The translations under genes were made by a program, and so were the position numbers. A stretch of 64,000 nt of DNA. Source: an uncultured Clostridiaceae bacterium (lineage in GTDB: Bacteria; Bacillota; Clostridia; Lachnospirales; Lachnospiraceae). Below the pieces are notes generated by a model. The model worked only from the letters and a program-made list of their open reading frames with translations. It searched no databases and was not told the DNA's origin. The stretch covers positions 1,290 through 65,289 of the forward strand of contig CAMWUK010000005.1 in NCBI GenBank assembly GCA_947177415.1. The letters are read 5' to 3'. Positions 18,835 through 27,872 of the stretch are shown one piece after another (the stretch's first letter is position 1; the number at the start of each line of letters is the position of its first letter).

Positions 18835-20896
18835 TGCCTCCTCTCCCTTTTACATCTTCTACCATGCTAACAATTAAAATCGGATGTTTCATCATTTTCT
18901 CTGTAGTAAAAATAGAAAACCAACCTAATTCCGTACCAGAAGTATCCTCTTTTGATGCTTTAATCTCTGCTGTTCCTGTTTTACCTGCTAAAACCATATC
19001 TTTCCGATGAGCTGCATATCCTGTTCCATGAGAATCATTCACAACTTTTTTCATTCCTTCTAATACTCTGTCTGCCACATCACTAGAAAATGCATCTGGA
19101 ATCCAATACTCAGCTACAGCTTTCTTCTGATAGGTTAAATACGGTTTGATAACTTTTCCCTTGTTACAGAAAGCTGAATAAATGCATGCTAAATGTAATG
19201 GATTTATCAAAATCTGCCCCTGTCCATAACCACTATCTGCTAACTGTATTTCTGTTTCTATTTTTTTTGTATTGGAATACTTTGACTCTGCCATTCGTAT
19301 TTCAAATGGCAGTTCTTCACAGAATCCCAGCTTAGTCAAAAAATTCTGCATCTGTTCTTTTCCTATTTTCAATGCAGCTTTTGCAAAATAGATATTATCA
19401 GAATAAATCAATGCATTTTCTAAAGTAACTGGCTCATAAGCATGAAGTGTTGTTACATGGTATGCCCCCCATGATGCATCCTTCTGCCAACTTAAACCTA
19501 CATTTCCATAATCTTCTGTTGGATTAATTTTTCCTGTTTCCAAGCCAATTGCAGCGATAATAGGTTTGAATGTAGAACCGGGACACCACACCTGTCGGAA
19601 ACGGTTATACATGGGTTTATTCTCATCCTCATTTATCGCCTTCCATTGTTTATTAGATAACCCCATAATAAAATCGTTATTATTATAAGATGGTGTGCTG
19701 ACAAGAGCCAGCACTTCTCCTGTATAGGGATTCATGGCTACCGAGCAGCTTTTGTCCTCTTTAAACTTTTCATATAATACGGTCTGAAAATCTGCATCAA
19801 TAGTCAGTTTTATATCCTTGCCATGCTGTACTGTTACACTTGCCAATTCCTCTTTCTCAATCCCATCTGCATCTACAATATAAATTCTACATCCATTCTC
19901 CCCTTTTAGTTCCTTTTCAAATAAACCCTCCATTCCACTGCTGCCAATTACACTATTTGCAGTATAACCTTCTCCCTTGTGTTCTTCCAAATCCTCTGCT
20001 GTAACATTTTTTACATATCCTATCAAATGTGCTGCCACATCTCTCAAAGGATACTCCCGCACATTAGTTTCAGTTATTATCACTCCCGGAATCTCCAGCA
20101 TCTTTTCTTGCCTTTCCTTTTCCTTTAGCACTTCTTTATCTGGATTTATAGATAATAACTCTATCTCTTCCACTTTGGGAATTGTTTTAATCGGTACAAA
20201 AGAATCTTTCTTTATCCACTTTGCCGCCAACTTTTTCTCAATTATTTTTGGTTCAATCTCCAGTAATTTACCTAATTTCTGAATTGCAGTCTTTGTATCT
20301 TCCAGTTTACCTGGAATAATTCCAACCGAAGATGCAATACCTTTTCCTGCAAGAACACGTCCTTTTCTGTCCAGAATTTCACCTCGTCTTGCCTCTATGA
20401 CAGACACTTTGACCTTATCTGTAGAACATAGCTCTGGAAAAATTAAAGAATCCTCCCAAACTAATTTATAGCCATCTTCACCTTCTAAAAAAAATGCTTC
20501 ATTTTCAAAACTAATACTTCCTGCAACGGTATCAAAAGAAGTCTGGTATGTTACAGCTTTTTTCTCTTGACTATACTCAAGAATGTCAATTGTCATATTT
20601 TTTATTTCTATGCCCTCATAAATAGCTGAATTACGTTTTATAAAATCTTCTTGGCTGATATTTCCCGATGCCTCCATTGCTAACATGGCATACATCTTCT
20701 CATATTTCTGTTCAGGAATGTAATTCATATATACAATTAGAAGTTCTTCAGGTGTTCTTCCATTCTCTTTTTTATCCAAAAAAGCAACTTTACTTATGAC
20801 AACACCCAATACCATTATCCCTAAAATAATAGCTGCAATACATAAATATTTAATTCTTTTTTTCAAATTCCACATTCCTTTCCTTTTTATCATCAA
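18776..20896 (-). CDS. PBP2a/MecA-like class B penicillin-binding transpeptidase
   Basis: Motifs STFK (SxxK), SDN (SxN) and KTGTAE (KTG). N-terminal TM anchor and an NTF2-like region. Start is ambiguous: TTG 20896, ATG 20893, or ATG 20875 (the last has an AAGGAAAGGA RBS). Confidence 0.85.
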   Translation of the reverse strand: MMIKRKGMWNLKKRIKYLCIAAIILGIMVLGVVISKVAFLDKKENGRTPEELLIVYMNYIPEQKYEKMYAMLAMEASGNISQEDFIKRNSAIYEGIEIKNMTIDILEYSQEKKAVTYQTSFDTVAGSISFENEAFFLEGEDGYKLVWEDSLIFPELCSTDKVKVSVIEARRGEILDRKGRVLAGKGIASSVGIIPGKLEDTKTAIQKLGKLLEIEPKIIEKKLAAKWIKKDSFVPIKTIPKVEEIELLSINPDKEVLKEKERQEKMLEIPGVIITETNVREYPLRDVAAHLIGYVKNVTAEDLEEHKGEGYTANSVIGSSGMEGLFEKELKGENGCRIYIVDADGIEKEELASVTVQHGKDIKLTIDADFQTVLYEKFKEDKSCSVAMNPYTGEVLALVSTPSYNNNDFIMGLSNKQWKAINEDENKPMYNRFRQVWCPGSTFKPIIAAIGLETGKINPTEDYGNVGLSWQKDASWGAYHVTTLHAYEPVTLENALIYSDNIYFAKAALKIGKEQMQNFLTKLGFCEELPFEIRMAESKYSNTKKIETEIQLADSGYGQGQILINPLHLACIYSAFCNKGKVIKPYLTYQKKAVAEYWIPDAFSSDVADRVLEGMKKVVNDSHGTGYAAHRKDMVLAGKTGTAEIKASKEDTSGTELGWFSIFTTEKMMKHPILIVSMVEDVKGRGGSGYVVEKDKQVLEEWFGNN

Positions 20897-21105
20897 TAGA
20901 TAATTGCGAAACTCTCATTAACTTAAATTATTTTGTGCAGATTTACATATCATAAGCAAGGTGCTTTCGAGACCGTCGGTACTTAGGTGCTGTTTTTTAG
21001 CACCTTATGTACCGTTACGGTTGAGAGCAGTGAAAACGTGCCTTGCGTTGATATGTGAACATTGCACAAAAACTCTATGAGTAAATTGAGTTTCGCAAAT
21101 GCCTA
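20897..21105 (+). mobile_element. MITE-like element, family C (209 bp)
   Basis: Terminal inverted repeats TAGATAATTGCGAAACTC / GAGTTTCGCAAATGCCTA. 10-bp direct repeat TTATCATCAA at 20887-20896 and 21106-21115. About 93% identical to the reverse complement of 52581-52788. Confidence 0.85.
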
Positions 21106-21149
21106 TTATCATCAATTGACCTATTAAGCATATATTCTCCTATTTAACT

Positions 21150-21230
21150 ATTACACTTGTAGGATTTATGCACAGAAAATTGACTTTTAAGTCTTACATA
21201 AATATTACACCTGTAAGATTTAAAAGTCAA
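21150..21230 (-). promoter_or_regulatory. Promoter with two BlaI-type operators upstream of the PBP2a-like gene
   Basis: Minus-strand TTGACT (21225-21230), 17-nt spacer, TAATAT (21202-21207). Operators ATTACACCTGTAAGATTT (21204-21221) and ATTACACTTGTAGGATTT (21150-21167) match the blaI operator at 14509-14526. Confidence 0.6.
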
Positions 21231-21242
21231 GTTACTTATCAA

Positions 21243-21452
21243 CTAATCAAAATAAAACAAATCTTCAAATTTCTTATCCAATGCAATACATAAAATCAAT
21301 GCCAGTTTTGCTGTAGGATTAAATTGTCCTGTCTCTATGGAGCTAATGGTATTTCTTGATACCCCCACCATTTCTGCAAGCTGTGCCTGTGACAAGCCTT
21401 TTTCTTTTCTAGCATCTTTTAAATGATTTTTTAATACTAAACTATCTTCCAT
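21243..21452 (-). CDS. XRE family helix-turn-helix transcriptional regulator
   Basis: 69 aa. LSQAQLAEMVGVSRNTISSIETGQFNPT is a typical Cro/C1 HTH. Confidence 0.85.
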   Translation of the reverse strand: MEDSLVLKNHLKDARKEKGLSQAQLAEMVGVSRNTISSIETGQFNPTAKLALILCIALDKKFEDLFYFD

Positions 21453-21455
21453 ACT

Positions 21456-21767
21456 TTAGTGTCCTCCTAAAAACCGGATAATTGCAAATATTCCTATAAG
21501 CAAAGTAATAACTGCCCATATCAAGTATTGTTTATCTTTTGTCTTTATAAAGCGGTAAGATTGCCCCGCACAAGCCGATAAACCTACGGTTGCACATAAA
21601 TCCATTGTAGGAAGCCCTTGTTCTTCACGAACCCATGCAAAAATTGCTGCAACAACAACCATTGTAATATATGTCCATCTCATGGATTTGTCCCTTACCT
21701 GTAATTGGAATTCGTCACATCCTTCATTTTCTTTCCTGCTTTTTGCTAAAATTTCTTCTTTGTTCAT
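21456..21767 (-). CDS. Small membrane protein co-transcribed with the XRE regulator
   Basis: Two TM segments. ATG at 21767 preceded by an AAAGGTGA RBS. 3-nt gap to the XRE gene. Confidence 0.6.
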   Translation of the reverse strand: MNKEEILAKSRKENEGCDEFQLQVRDKSMRWTYITMVVVAAIFAWVREEQGLPTMDLCATVGLSACAGQSYRFIKTKDKQYLIWAVITLLIGIFAIIRFLGGH

Positions 21768-22027
21768 AAATTTCACCTTTCCTTCCACAAACACATCTGT
21801 GTCTGTTTAAATCTTAATTAACTTTTGCTTTCTTAGATATTATACCAATGCCAAGTTTACTTGTCAACACTTTTTGCAAAGTTTTCTTTGCAAAAAAAGA
21901 GAGTGTTTTTGTACACTCCCTTTTGCTGCTTACTATGAATGTGTAAGGTAACTTTTTAATCCATTCGGAAATGGTAGATTTTACAACATTATATTCACTT
22001 TCTAATTCAGAAATGGAATACTATGTT

Positions 22028-22756
22028 TTAATTTAACAGATATGTAATTGGTATGATGATCCAGCCAGCCGCTTCTAAAAATACTGCAAACCAATAGCTA
22101 AGACGATGTAGTATTGCTCTACTGCTGCGAGTGGCGGAGATTGTTAAATGTCCCAATACAATCATAATACAATTTGGCATAAAGTTATGTGTTAAGTAAT
22201 TGTTCTCATACATTTCAAAAGATATTGGCAGAAATAGAGCAACAATTAGTACTAAAATATTATGTAGTTGATACATTTTTTGTTTTATTGATAAAGGTTC
22301 GTTAATAGTATCAATCGCAATATCTGCCAAAATGATATCTGAATTTTTTTGTGTCTTTGCATGTAAAATTAATGCTGGTTTTCCGCTTGGCGGCATTGTA
22401 GAGATGATGTAACCTTTTCCGTGATACATCAGACAGTAACTCAGTTGTATAGCTGGAGTTCCCGTTCTGTCAATTACTTCAACTTCATAGCTCCCAGCGG
22501 GTATATGCAGAACCTCTTCTGTCTGTCGGTTACGTGTACAAATTGTCCATATAAGAAGACAGAACCAAATGCCTGAGAGAAATCCAAGTAAAATACTAAG
22601 GGCAGCTTCTATATCCCATAAAGCAAAAGCTGACAGACCAAATCCGGCAGTCAGAAGTATTAGCATCAAATACTTTCTAATAGGAATCAGCCATTCTGCC
22701 TTCGCTATGATACAAGCATAACCTAAAACAATTAATTGATATCCAATAATCCCCAT
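22028..22756 (-). CDS. Hypothetical integral membrane protein
   Basis: 242 aa, multiple TM segments around a central soluble region. Confidence 0.55.
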   Translation of the reverse strand: MGIIGYQLIVLGYACIIAKAEWLIPIRKYLMLILLTAGFGLSAFALWDIEAALSILLGFLSGIWFCLLIWTICTRNRQTEEVLHIPAGSYEVEVIDRTGTPAIQLSYCLMYHGKGYIISTMPPSGKPALILHAKTQKNSDIILADIAIDTINEPLSIKQKMYQLHNILVLIVALFLPISFEMYENNYLTHNFMPNCIMIVLGHLTISATRSSRAILHRLSYWFAVFLEAAGWIIIPITYLLN

Positions 22757-23027
22757 TTTTTATTCCTTTCTTTTCTAGAATACAAAATCGGTAAGAATGC
22801 AAGAAAGTAACCGCCCTCGCCAAAGTACAGTTACTTTCTAGTTTTTACCAGGATTTAATTTATCAGCCTTTAATCATCCAAAATTTAGACTCAAACCCGT
22901 CAACGGATAATTGCTTGTTATTATATAGTTCATTATAAACCAATACCAGTAATATTTCAACAGAAATTTTATATCAATATCCCTCATTTACAACCATTTA
23001 CAACCTTCCACTTTCCATCCTCATAAC

Positions 23028-25064
23028 TCAATTCGAGGGTATCATTTCGGCGATAATCAAGTCGTCTAAATCTCCTATTTTATCAAGCATTTTCCAAAAT
23101 TTATCATTAGCTGTTTTCCCATATTTATAATACTTATCTTCCACTGTTCTATAAACAGAACATCTATTTAATGCCGGATATAACATTCCAGAAATTCCAT
23201 CTTCTCTTAAAAGATACATAGGGTTAAAAAATGAATATTGTTCACAATATGCATATGGTTCATAAAATGAACTTGCATCTTTTATTTCTTCTATTGGATT
23301 AGAAAAATGTTCTTCCAGCCATTTTAAATCGTTGGCATTAGTTATTTTGTACTCTCTTCCTTTTATATACATAACGGCTTCTTTTAAATCATGTATATCT
23401 TCTGGCTTAAATGGCATTGTATCCTTATAAGGTGATTTCATAAAAATAGGTATTACTGGTCCATAATTTTCAAAATATGCCAAATCACCAATACAACCAA
23501 AGCTTCCCTCCAAAACAATTTCCTTTTTCTTTCCATTACTTGTATATATAATTGTATCCTCTGCCTCATTTACCTTTCGATATAGAGGGATGTTTTTCAA
23601 GTTATAAGATTCTTTACTTAATCTATTCCCATTTATATCATAGACATACATTTCATCTTTTCCTACACAATGAAGATATATTGTTTCTCCATCTTCTGAT
23701 ACAGAAATCTCACAAGCATTATCTCCTTGGGTCTTATTACATCCGATTGGCTTTAAATCTACCAAACGGAAAACTTCCTCTTTGGTTCTATCATAAACAA
23801 ATAAACCAAAGTATCCTGCAAATATTAATTTTTTATCATCTGCATAATAAAGCCTGGCACCATCTGCACCTGTTGTAGCTGTCAGATCTAATACAGGCTC
23901 TGAAACGGTGATTTGATTTGTTTTCTCTGTTGTCTTTTCTTTTGTTTGATTTTTCAAGGATACGGTTGATGCAGTATCTGCTCCGCCAATTATACTATCT
24001 GTGGTATTTTCTTTTACTCCACAACCAGTAAAGGTGACTGCTGTTCCAACTCCTACAGCAACTGCTAACAATAAAAATTTACTTTTTTGATAATTTTTCT
24101 TCATTCTAATTTCCTCCATTCTTTTTTTCATTTCTTTTTTTCCATTATGTACTGCCGTTACAGGACAAAGCATGGAAACTCTTTTACTGTGTATGGCTAC
24201 ATGCAATAACATTTCCCCATAAGCAATTCGTTCATGATAACTTTTCTGTTCCAATACCCCTTCATCACAGGCAAATTCTGCATCTTGTTTGGATATTTTT
24301 GCTGCCACCCAAATCAAAGGGTCAAACCAATAGATACTGACAATGATACATCGCCAAAGAGACCAAATATGATCTAAATGCTTATAATGCATTTGTTCAT
24401 GTTCTAATACCTGCTGCATATCTGATTTAGAAAGATTTACTACAATATTATCCGGTATATAAATAGCCGGCTTGCATACCCCAAACAAACATGGTGTAGA
24501 TACTTTATTTGTTTGATATACAACCAGTTTTCCCTTCTGGTATTTTAATATAGGTTTGCGGTCATTTTTAAGTGTTTTATTAAATCTTAGATTGGAATAT
24601 AGAAGAATTGCAAAACATAAAAACACTCCCAAAATCCATATTCGCATCACCCATACTAATCTAGATGTTTTTGTAGTCTGTGTTTCTTTCACCTCTGTTT
24701 TTCCAGCCTTTTCTGACTTTTTGCTTGTGATATTATCCTGTTTCACTTTCTGTTTTTCTATTTCCCCATCTGCTTTTGTATTATCTGTAAACTGCTCCCC
24801 CATTCTATTTTCTTTTTCAATTTTATTTCCTTCAATATTTCCCTTTTTTTGCAGTGTTGAAATCCCTTGCAATTGGCGGACACCATTCATAATGCTAAAA
24901 GAAGAATTCACAAAATTTAGTGGAAAACAAAATCGCAGAAAGACAATCAGCCATAAGCCATAAATAAATTTATGTTTTACCTTTCCTCTAAAATACTTTC
25001 GGATTGCTATAATAAACAAAATTAAGATAGAAGATGTAATGAAAAACTCTATTATTCTGTCCAT
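23028..25064 (-). CDS. M56 (BlaR1-like) peptidase family sensor with a non-PBP extracytoplasmic domain
   Basis: 678 aa. HExxH motif LEHEQMHYKHLDH. The C-terminal ~330 aa has no SxxK or KTG motifs and looks beta-rich. Confidence 0.8.
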   Translation of the reverse strand: MDRIIEFFITSSILILFIIAIRKYFRGKVKHKFIYGLWLIVFLRFCFPLNFVNSSFSIMNGVRQLQGISTLQKKGNIEGNKIEKENRMGEQFTDNTKADGEIEKQKVKQDNITSKKSEKAGKTEVKETQTTKTSRLVWVMRIWILGVFLCFAILLYSNLRFNKTLKNDRKPILKYQKGKLVVYQTNKVSTPCLFGVCKPAIYIPDNIVVNLSKSDMQQVLEHEQMHYKHLDHIWSLWRCIIVSIYWFDPLIWVAAKISKQDAEFACDEGVLEQKSYHERIAYGEMLLHVAIHSKRVSMLCPVTAVHNGKKEMKKRMEEIRMKKNYQKSKFLLLAVAVGVGTAVTFTGCGVKENTTDSIIGGADTASTVSLKNQTKEKTTEKTNQITVSEPVLDLTATTGADGARLYYADDKKLIFAGYFGLFVYDRTKEEVFRLVDLKPIGCNKTQGDNACEISVSEDGETIYLHCVGKDEMYVYDINGNRLSKESYNLKNIPLYRKVNEAEDTIIYTSNGKKKEIVLEGSFGCIGDLAYFENYGPVIPIFMKSPYKDTMPFKPEDIHDLKEAVMYIKGREYKITNANDLKWLEEHFSNPIEEIKDASSFYEPYAYCEQYSFFNPMYLLREDGISGMLYPALNRCSVYRTVEDKYYKYGKTANDKFWKMLDKIGDLDDLIIAEMIPSN

Positions 25065-25076
25065 AAACTCTCCCTC

Positions 25077-25460
25077 CTATTTATTCTTTGCCTGATGTAA
25101 AATTTTCTCCAATTCCTCAATATCACTCTCACTAAGACTTCCTTGCTCCATTAAAGTACTCATCATCATCCCTACACTACCATCAAAAATTCTCTTTAAA
25201 AAATTTTTCGTTTCCGGAACAATGACTTCTTCTTTTTTTATAAGAGTATAGAAAAGTTTTGTTTTGCCTTGTAACTTATAACTTATGAGTTCTTTCTCTG
25301 TCATACGGCGTACCATAGTGGCACAAGTACTTTTACTCCAGCCAATACTTTCTTTTAATTCGCTTACTAAATCCATAAGAGATTGTGGTTCCTTCTCCCA
25401 TAATGCTTTCATCACATACCATTCTTTATTGGTTATTTGAATACTTTCTTTTAATTTCAT
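25077..25460 (-). CDS. BlaI/MecI/CopY family transcriptional repressor (second copy)
   Basis: ITNKEWYVMKALWE...WSKSTCATMVRRMTEKELISYKLQGKTKLFY. ATG at 25460 with an AAGGAG RBS 8 nt upstream. Confidence 0.85.
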   Translation of the reverse strand: MKLKESIQITNKEWYVMKALWEKEPQSLMDLVSELKESIGWSKSTCATMVRRMTEKELISYKLQGKTKLFYTLIKKEEVIVPETKNFLKRIFDGSVGMMMSTLMEQGSLSESDIEELEKILHQAKNK

Positions 25461-25477
25461 GAGGTTCACTCCTTTTT

Positions 25478-25526
25478 GGTTTATTTTGTAAACCTATAAT
25501 AACATGTCTGGTTTAAATTGTCAACC
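25478..25526 (-). promoter_or_regulatory. Promoter flanked by two related dyads upstream of the second blaI-like gene
   Basis: Minus-strand TTGACA (25519-25524), 17-nt spacer, TATTAT (25496-25501). Dyad GGTTTATTTTGTAAACC (25478-25494) and related GGTTTAAATTGTCAACC (25510-25526). Confidence 0.55.
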
Positions 25527-25604
25527 AAAAAAAGAGAATCCAATGTCTTGGATTCCCTTATATCCTTCATGCAATCTATAAATCCTTATTTGATTCGATT
25601 GTTT

Positions 25605-25670
25605 CGTTACAGTTCACATCTACGATGCAAACTGTAACAGAATCCAGCCTATTTGTAATTCGCCTTTGGC
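25605..25670 (-). repeat. Family-B element, truncated copy
   Basis: CGTTACAGTTCACATCTACGATGCAAACTGTAACAGAATCCAGCCTATTTGTAATTCGCCTTTGGC matches the reverse complement of 45175-45240. Confidence 0.7.
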
Positions 25671-25685
25671 ATAATTATACTAAAA

Positions 25686-26279
25686 TTATATGGTCACTGG
25701 ACACTCAAAACGTATTTTTTCTGGATAATACTGCAATACAATATAGAATTTACGCTGATCAATATTTCTCCATTGCTCATCTGTGAAGTGTGTATCATTC
25801 ATTATCATTGGTAATAAGATTTTTCTGCTTTCGTCAGCTTTCATTTTTATCCTTAAACCTTCCAAATCTGGATTCATAAGATATGCTAACTCTAAATCAA
25901 ATTGATTCCCCCATGCACCAGATTCAAATGCAATATTTTCTAAAGCTACTATACTCTCATCATCCGCTGTCTTGGTAACTGTTAATTCTAAAATTCCCAC
26001 CCGCATTTTTGAGGCGGGATATGCATTTCCTTTTTCATCCGTAAGATACACATATTCTGGATACATTTTATAGATGTTTGTGCCATCTCCCCATTGCCAA
26101 TCAGAAAAAGTAATTCTGTAGTTACCAGCCTCTATGGATTCGTTGAAACTATAAGTTTTTACCTGCGGGCTGGGATAACAAGCATTTATCCAGTATAATC
26201 TATATCCTATACCTCCAATAAGAAGAATTGCAGCCAGAACCATTCCTATTATTTTTATACGGTGTTTTCTCCCTGTCAT
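25686..26279 (-). CDS. Hypothetical membrane-anchored extracytoplasmic protein
   Basis: 197 aa, N-terminal TM segment (IIGMVLAAILLIGGIGY), beta-rich remainder. Confidence 0.55.
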   Translation of the reverse strand: MTGRKHRIKIIGMVLAAILLIGGIGYRLYWINACYPSPQVKTYSFNESIEAGNYRITFSDWQWGDGTNIYKMYPEYVYLTDEKGNAYPASKMRVGILELTVTKTADDESIVALENIAFESGAWGNQFDLELAYLMNPDLEGLRIKMKADESRKILLPMIMNDTHFTDEQWRNIDQRKFYIVLQYYPEKIRFECPVTI

Positions 26280-26313
26280 TGTCTATCCATCTCCTTTCAT
26301 AATAGAGAAAATT

Positions 26314-26448
26314 GTAACTCTTTAAATAGAAACACGCATTTACTGCGTGTTTCGTAAGAAGAAGTAAATTTTGTAATGTTTAAGCCCCTTCGCCAAAGGC
26401 GAATTATTATGGGCTTAAACGTAACTGTTCATGGTTCTGAACAGTTAC
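26314..26448 (-). mobile_element. MITE-like element, family A, full length
   Basis: Reverse complement of the 7712/31286 copies. 8-bp direct repeat AGAAAATT (26306-26313) / AGAAAATC (26449-26456), 7/8 identical. Supplies the last 13 codons and the stop of the ABC ATPase. Confidence 0.85.
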
Positions 26449-27072
26449 AGAAAATCTGCCATTTTCAACACGGTAAATACAATCTGATAATGTTTCCAAC
26501 TCTTCTCTATCATGACATGCCAACAATATCAGGCATCCCTTTTCCCGTTGCTCACAAATGATTTGCTGTACCAACTGGCATCCACTTTCATCCAATCCAT
26601 TAAACGGTTCATCCAAAAGAAGGAGTGATGGCTTTTCCATAATAGCACATGCAATCCCCAGCCTTTGACGCATTCCAAGGGAATATTTTCTAACTTTTCG
26701 TTTGTCCTTTGCATTAAGCCCAACCTGTTCTAATACCCTTTTAATATCTGATGAGGTAATTTCTCTGCGAATGGATGCCAGCAGCCGCAGATTTTCATAT
26801 CCTGTCCGTTCTGGAAGAAAAACTGGTGTCTCCAGAAGCATTCCCATGTTTTTGGGAAAAGAAATGTCCTTCCCAATCATCATACCATCTATTTCAATTG
26901 TGCCATTTGTAGGAGAAATTAGTCCGCAAATTGCCCTCATCAACATGGTCTTTCCAGAACCATTCTTCCCTAATAAACCATATACTGTACCCCCTTCCAA
27001 GGTCATATTGACATCATTAAGCACTGTAGAATCTTGTATCTTCTTTGATACATGAGTAATTGTAAGTTTCAT
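26407..27072 (-). CDS. ABC transporter ATP-binding protein
   Basis: Walker A GKNGSGKTM, signature YSLGMRQR, Walker B LLLLDEP. The C-terminal VTVQNHEQLRLSP is encoded by the MITE. Confidence 0.9.
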   Translation of the reverse strand: MKLTITHVSKKIQDSTVLNDVNMTLEGGTVYGLLGKNGSGKTMLMRAICGLISPTNGTIEIDGMMIGKDISFPKNMGMLLETPVFLPERTGYENLRLLASIRREITSSDIKRVLEQVGLNAKDKRKVRKYSLGMRQRLGIACAIMEKPSLLLLDEPFNGLDESGCQLVQQIICEQREKGCLILLACHDREELETLSDCIYRVENGRFSVTVQNHEQLRLSP

Positions 27073-27074
27073 TG

Positions 27075-27866
27075 TTATTCTCCTCCTTGTAACTGAAATG
27101 TATCTTTACGCTTAAAACATAGCGTTCCAGCCGTAACGGCTATTATCATTAGCAACATACAGCTTATCAAACAATTTTGCGGTGATATAGATAAAACACC
27201 AGAAGTAAAATCCTGTCTTTTTAACATTGCATAATTGCCCAGAAATGCAGGATTCATACAATATGCAGATGCAATAAGATAAGCAAACATTATAAAAAGC
27301 GATATTACAGGCTGTATAAATAATGATAATATAGCTTCTGTTATACACAATGCTATGGAAACCAACAAAGGCATTCCCCACCAATAAAGAATTATTTTTG
27401 TTAGATTTAGTCCTGTTATATCAATTTCAAATATCTCCATCATTACATCTGGCGAAATCGAAAAACTTCCTGTGAACACACTCCCTATTACTAATACAAG
27501 GACAAGTAACAGATAGTAGCTTATTACAGTAGAAATAATCCACATCATTTTACTAAACAGCCAATATTCCTTCCGTCCTGACCGGATAATAGCCTGCCCC
27601 CCATTGTATGTCAGTTCATTTACCGGGTAAAAATTAACCAGAAACAGTAAAAATCCATGAAAAGTCAACCATTGTGTAGACAATTGAAGTTCATACTGCC
27701 CTTCGAACAAAGAAGTAAATCTCCCTAAAACCCCCGTATTTCCTGCCAAAATACAATAATATATCTGCAATAACAGGGCAAACAGCCATTTCCATTGGTT
27801 TCTTTGAAATCCATTGCTTAAATCATAAAAGAAAAGTGCTTTAAACTGTCTGCATTTTAATCTCAT
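27075..27866 (-). CDS. Multi-pass membrane protein, putative ABC-2-like permease component (paralog 1)
   Basis: 263 aa. First 36 aa are identical to the adjacent paralog. Confidence 0.65.
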   Translation of the reverse strand: MRLKCRQFKALFFYDLSNGFQRNQWKWLFALLLQIYYCILAGNTGVLGRFTSLFEGQYELQLSTQWLTFHGFLLFLVNFYPVNELTYNGGQAIIRSGRKEYWLFSKMMWIISTVISYYLLLVLVLVIGSVFTGSFSISPDVMMEIFEIDITGLNLTKIILYWWGMPLLVSIALCITEAILSLFIQPVISLFIMFAYLIASAYCMNPAFLGNYAMLKRQDFTSGVLSISPQNCLISCMLLMIIAVTAGTLCFKRKDTFQLQGGE

Positions 27867-27872
27867 ATCAGT

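Noticed and set aside
21950-22020. Minus-strand reading YSISELESEYNVVKSTISEWIKKL, which resembles the HTH of IS3-type OrfA or resolvase proteins. It might mark an IS remnant.
   Set aside because: It is only about 24 residues, begins right after a stop codon, and has no adjacent transposase-like sequence or inverted repeats. That is too little to call.
26376-26561. ORF beginning MFKPLRQRRIIMGLNVTVHGSEQLQ. The same peptide also forms the first 30 codons of tracked ORF 30405-31358.
   Set aside because: The shared peptide is simply the translation of the family-A MITE. There is no RBS, and the downstream part of 26376-26561 is antisense to a well-supported ABC ATPase gene. The real start of the 30405 gene is ATG 31268.
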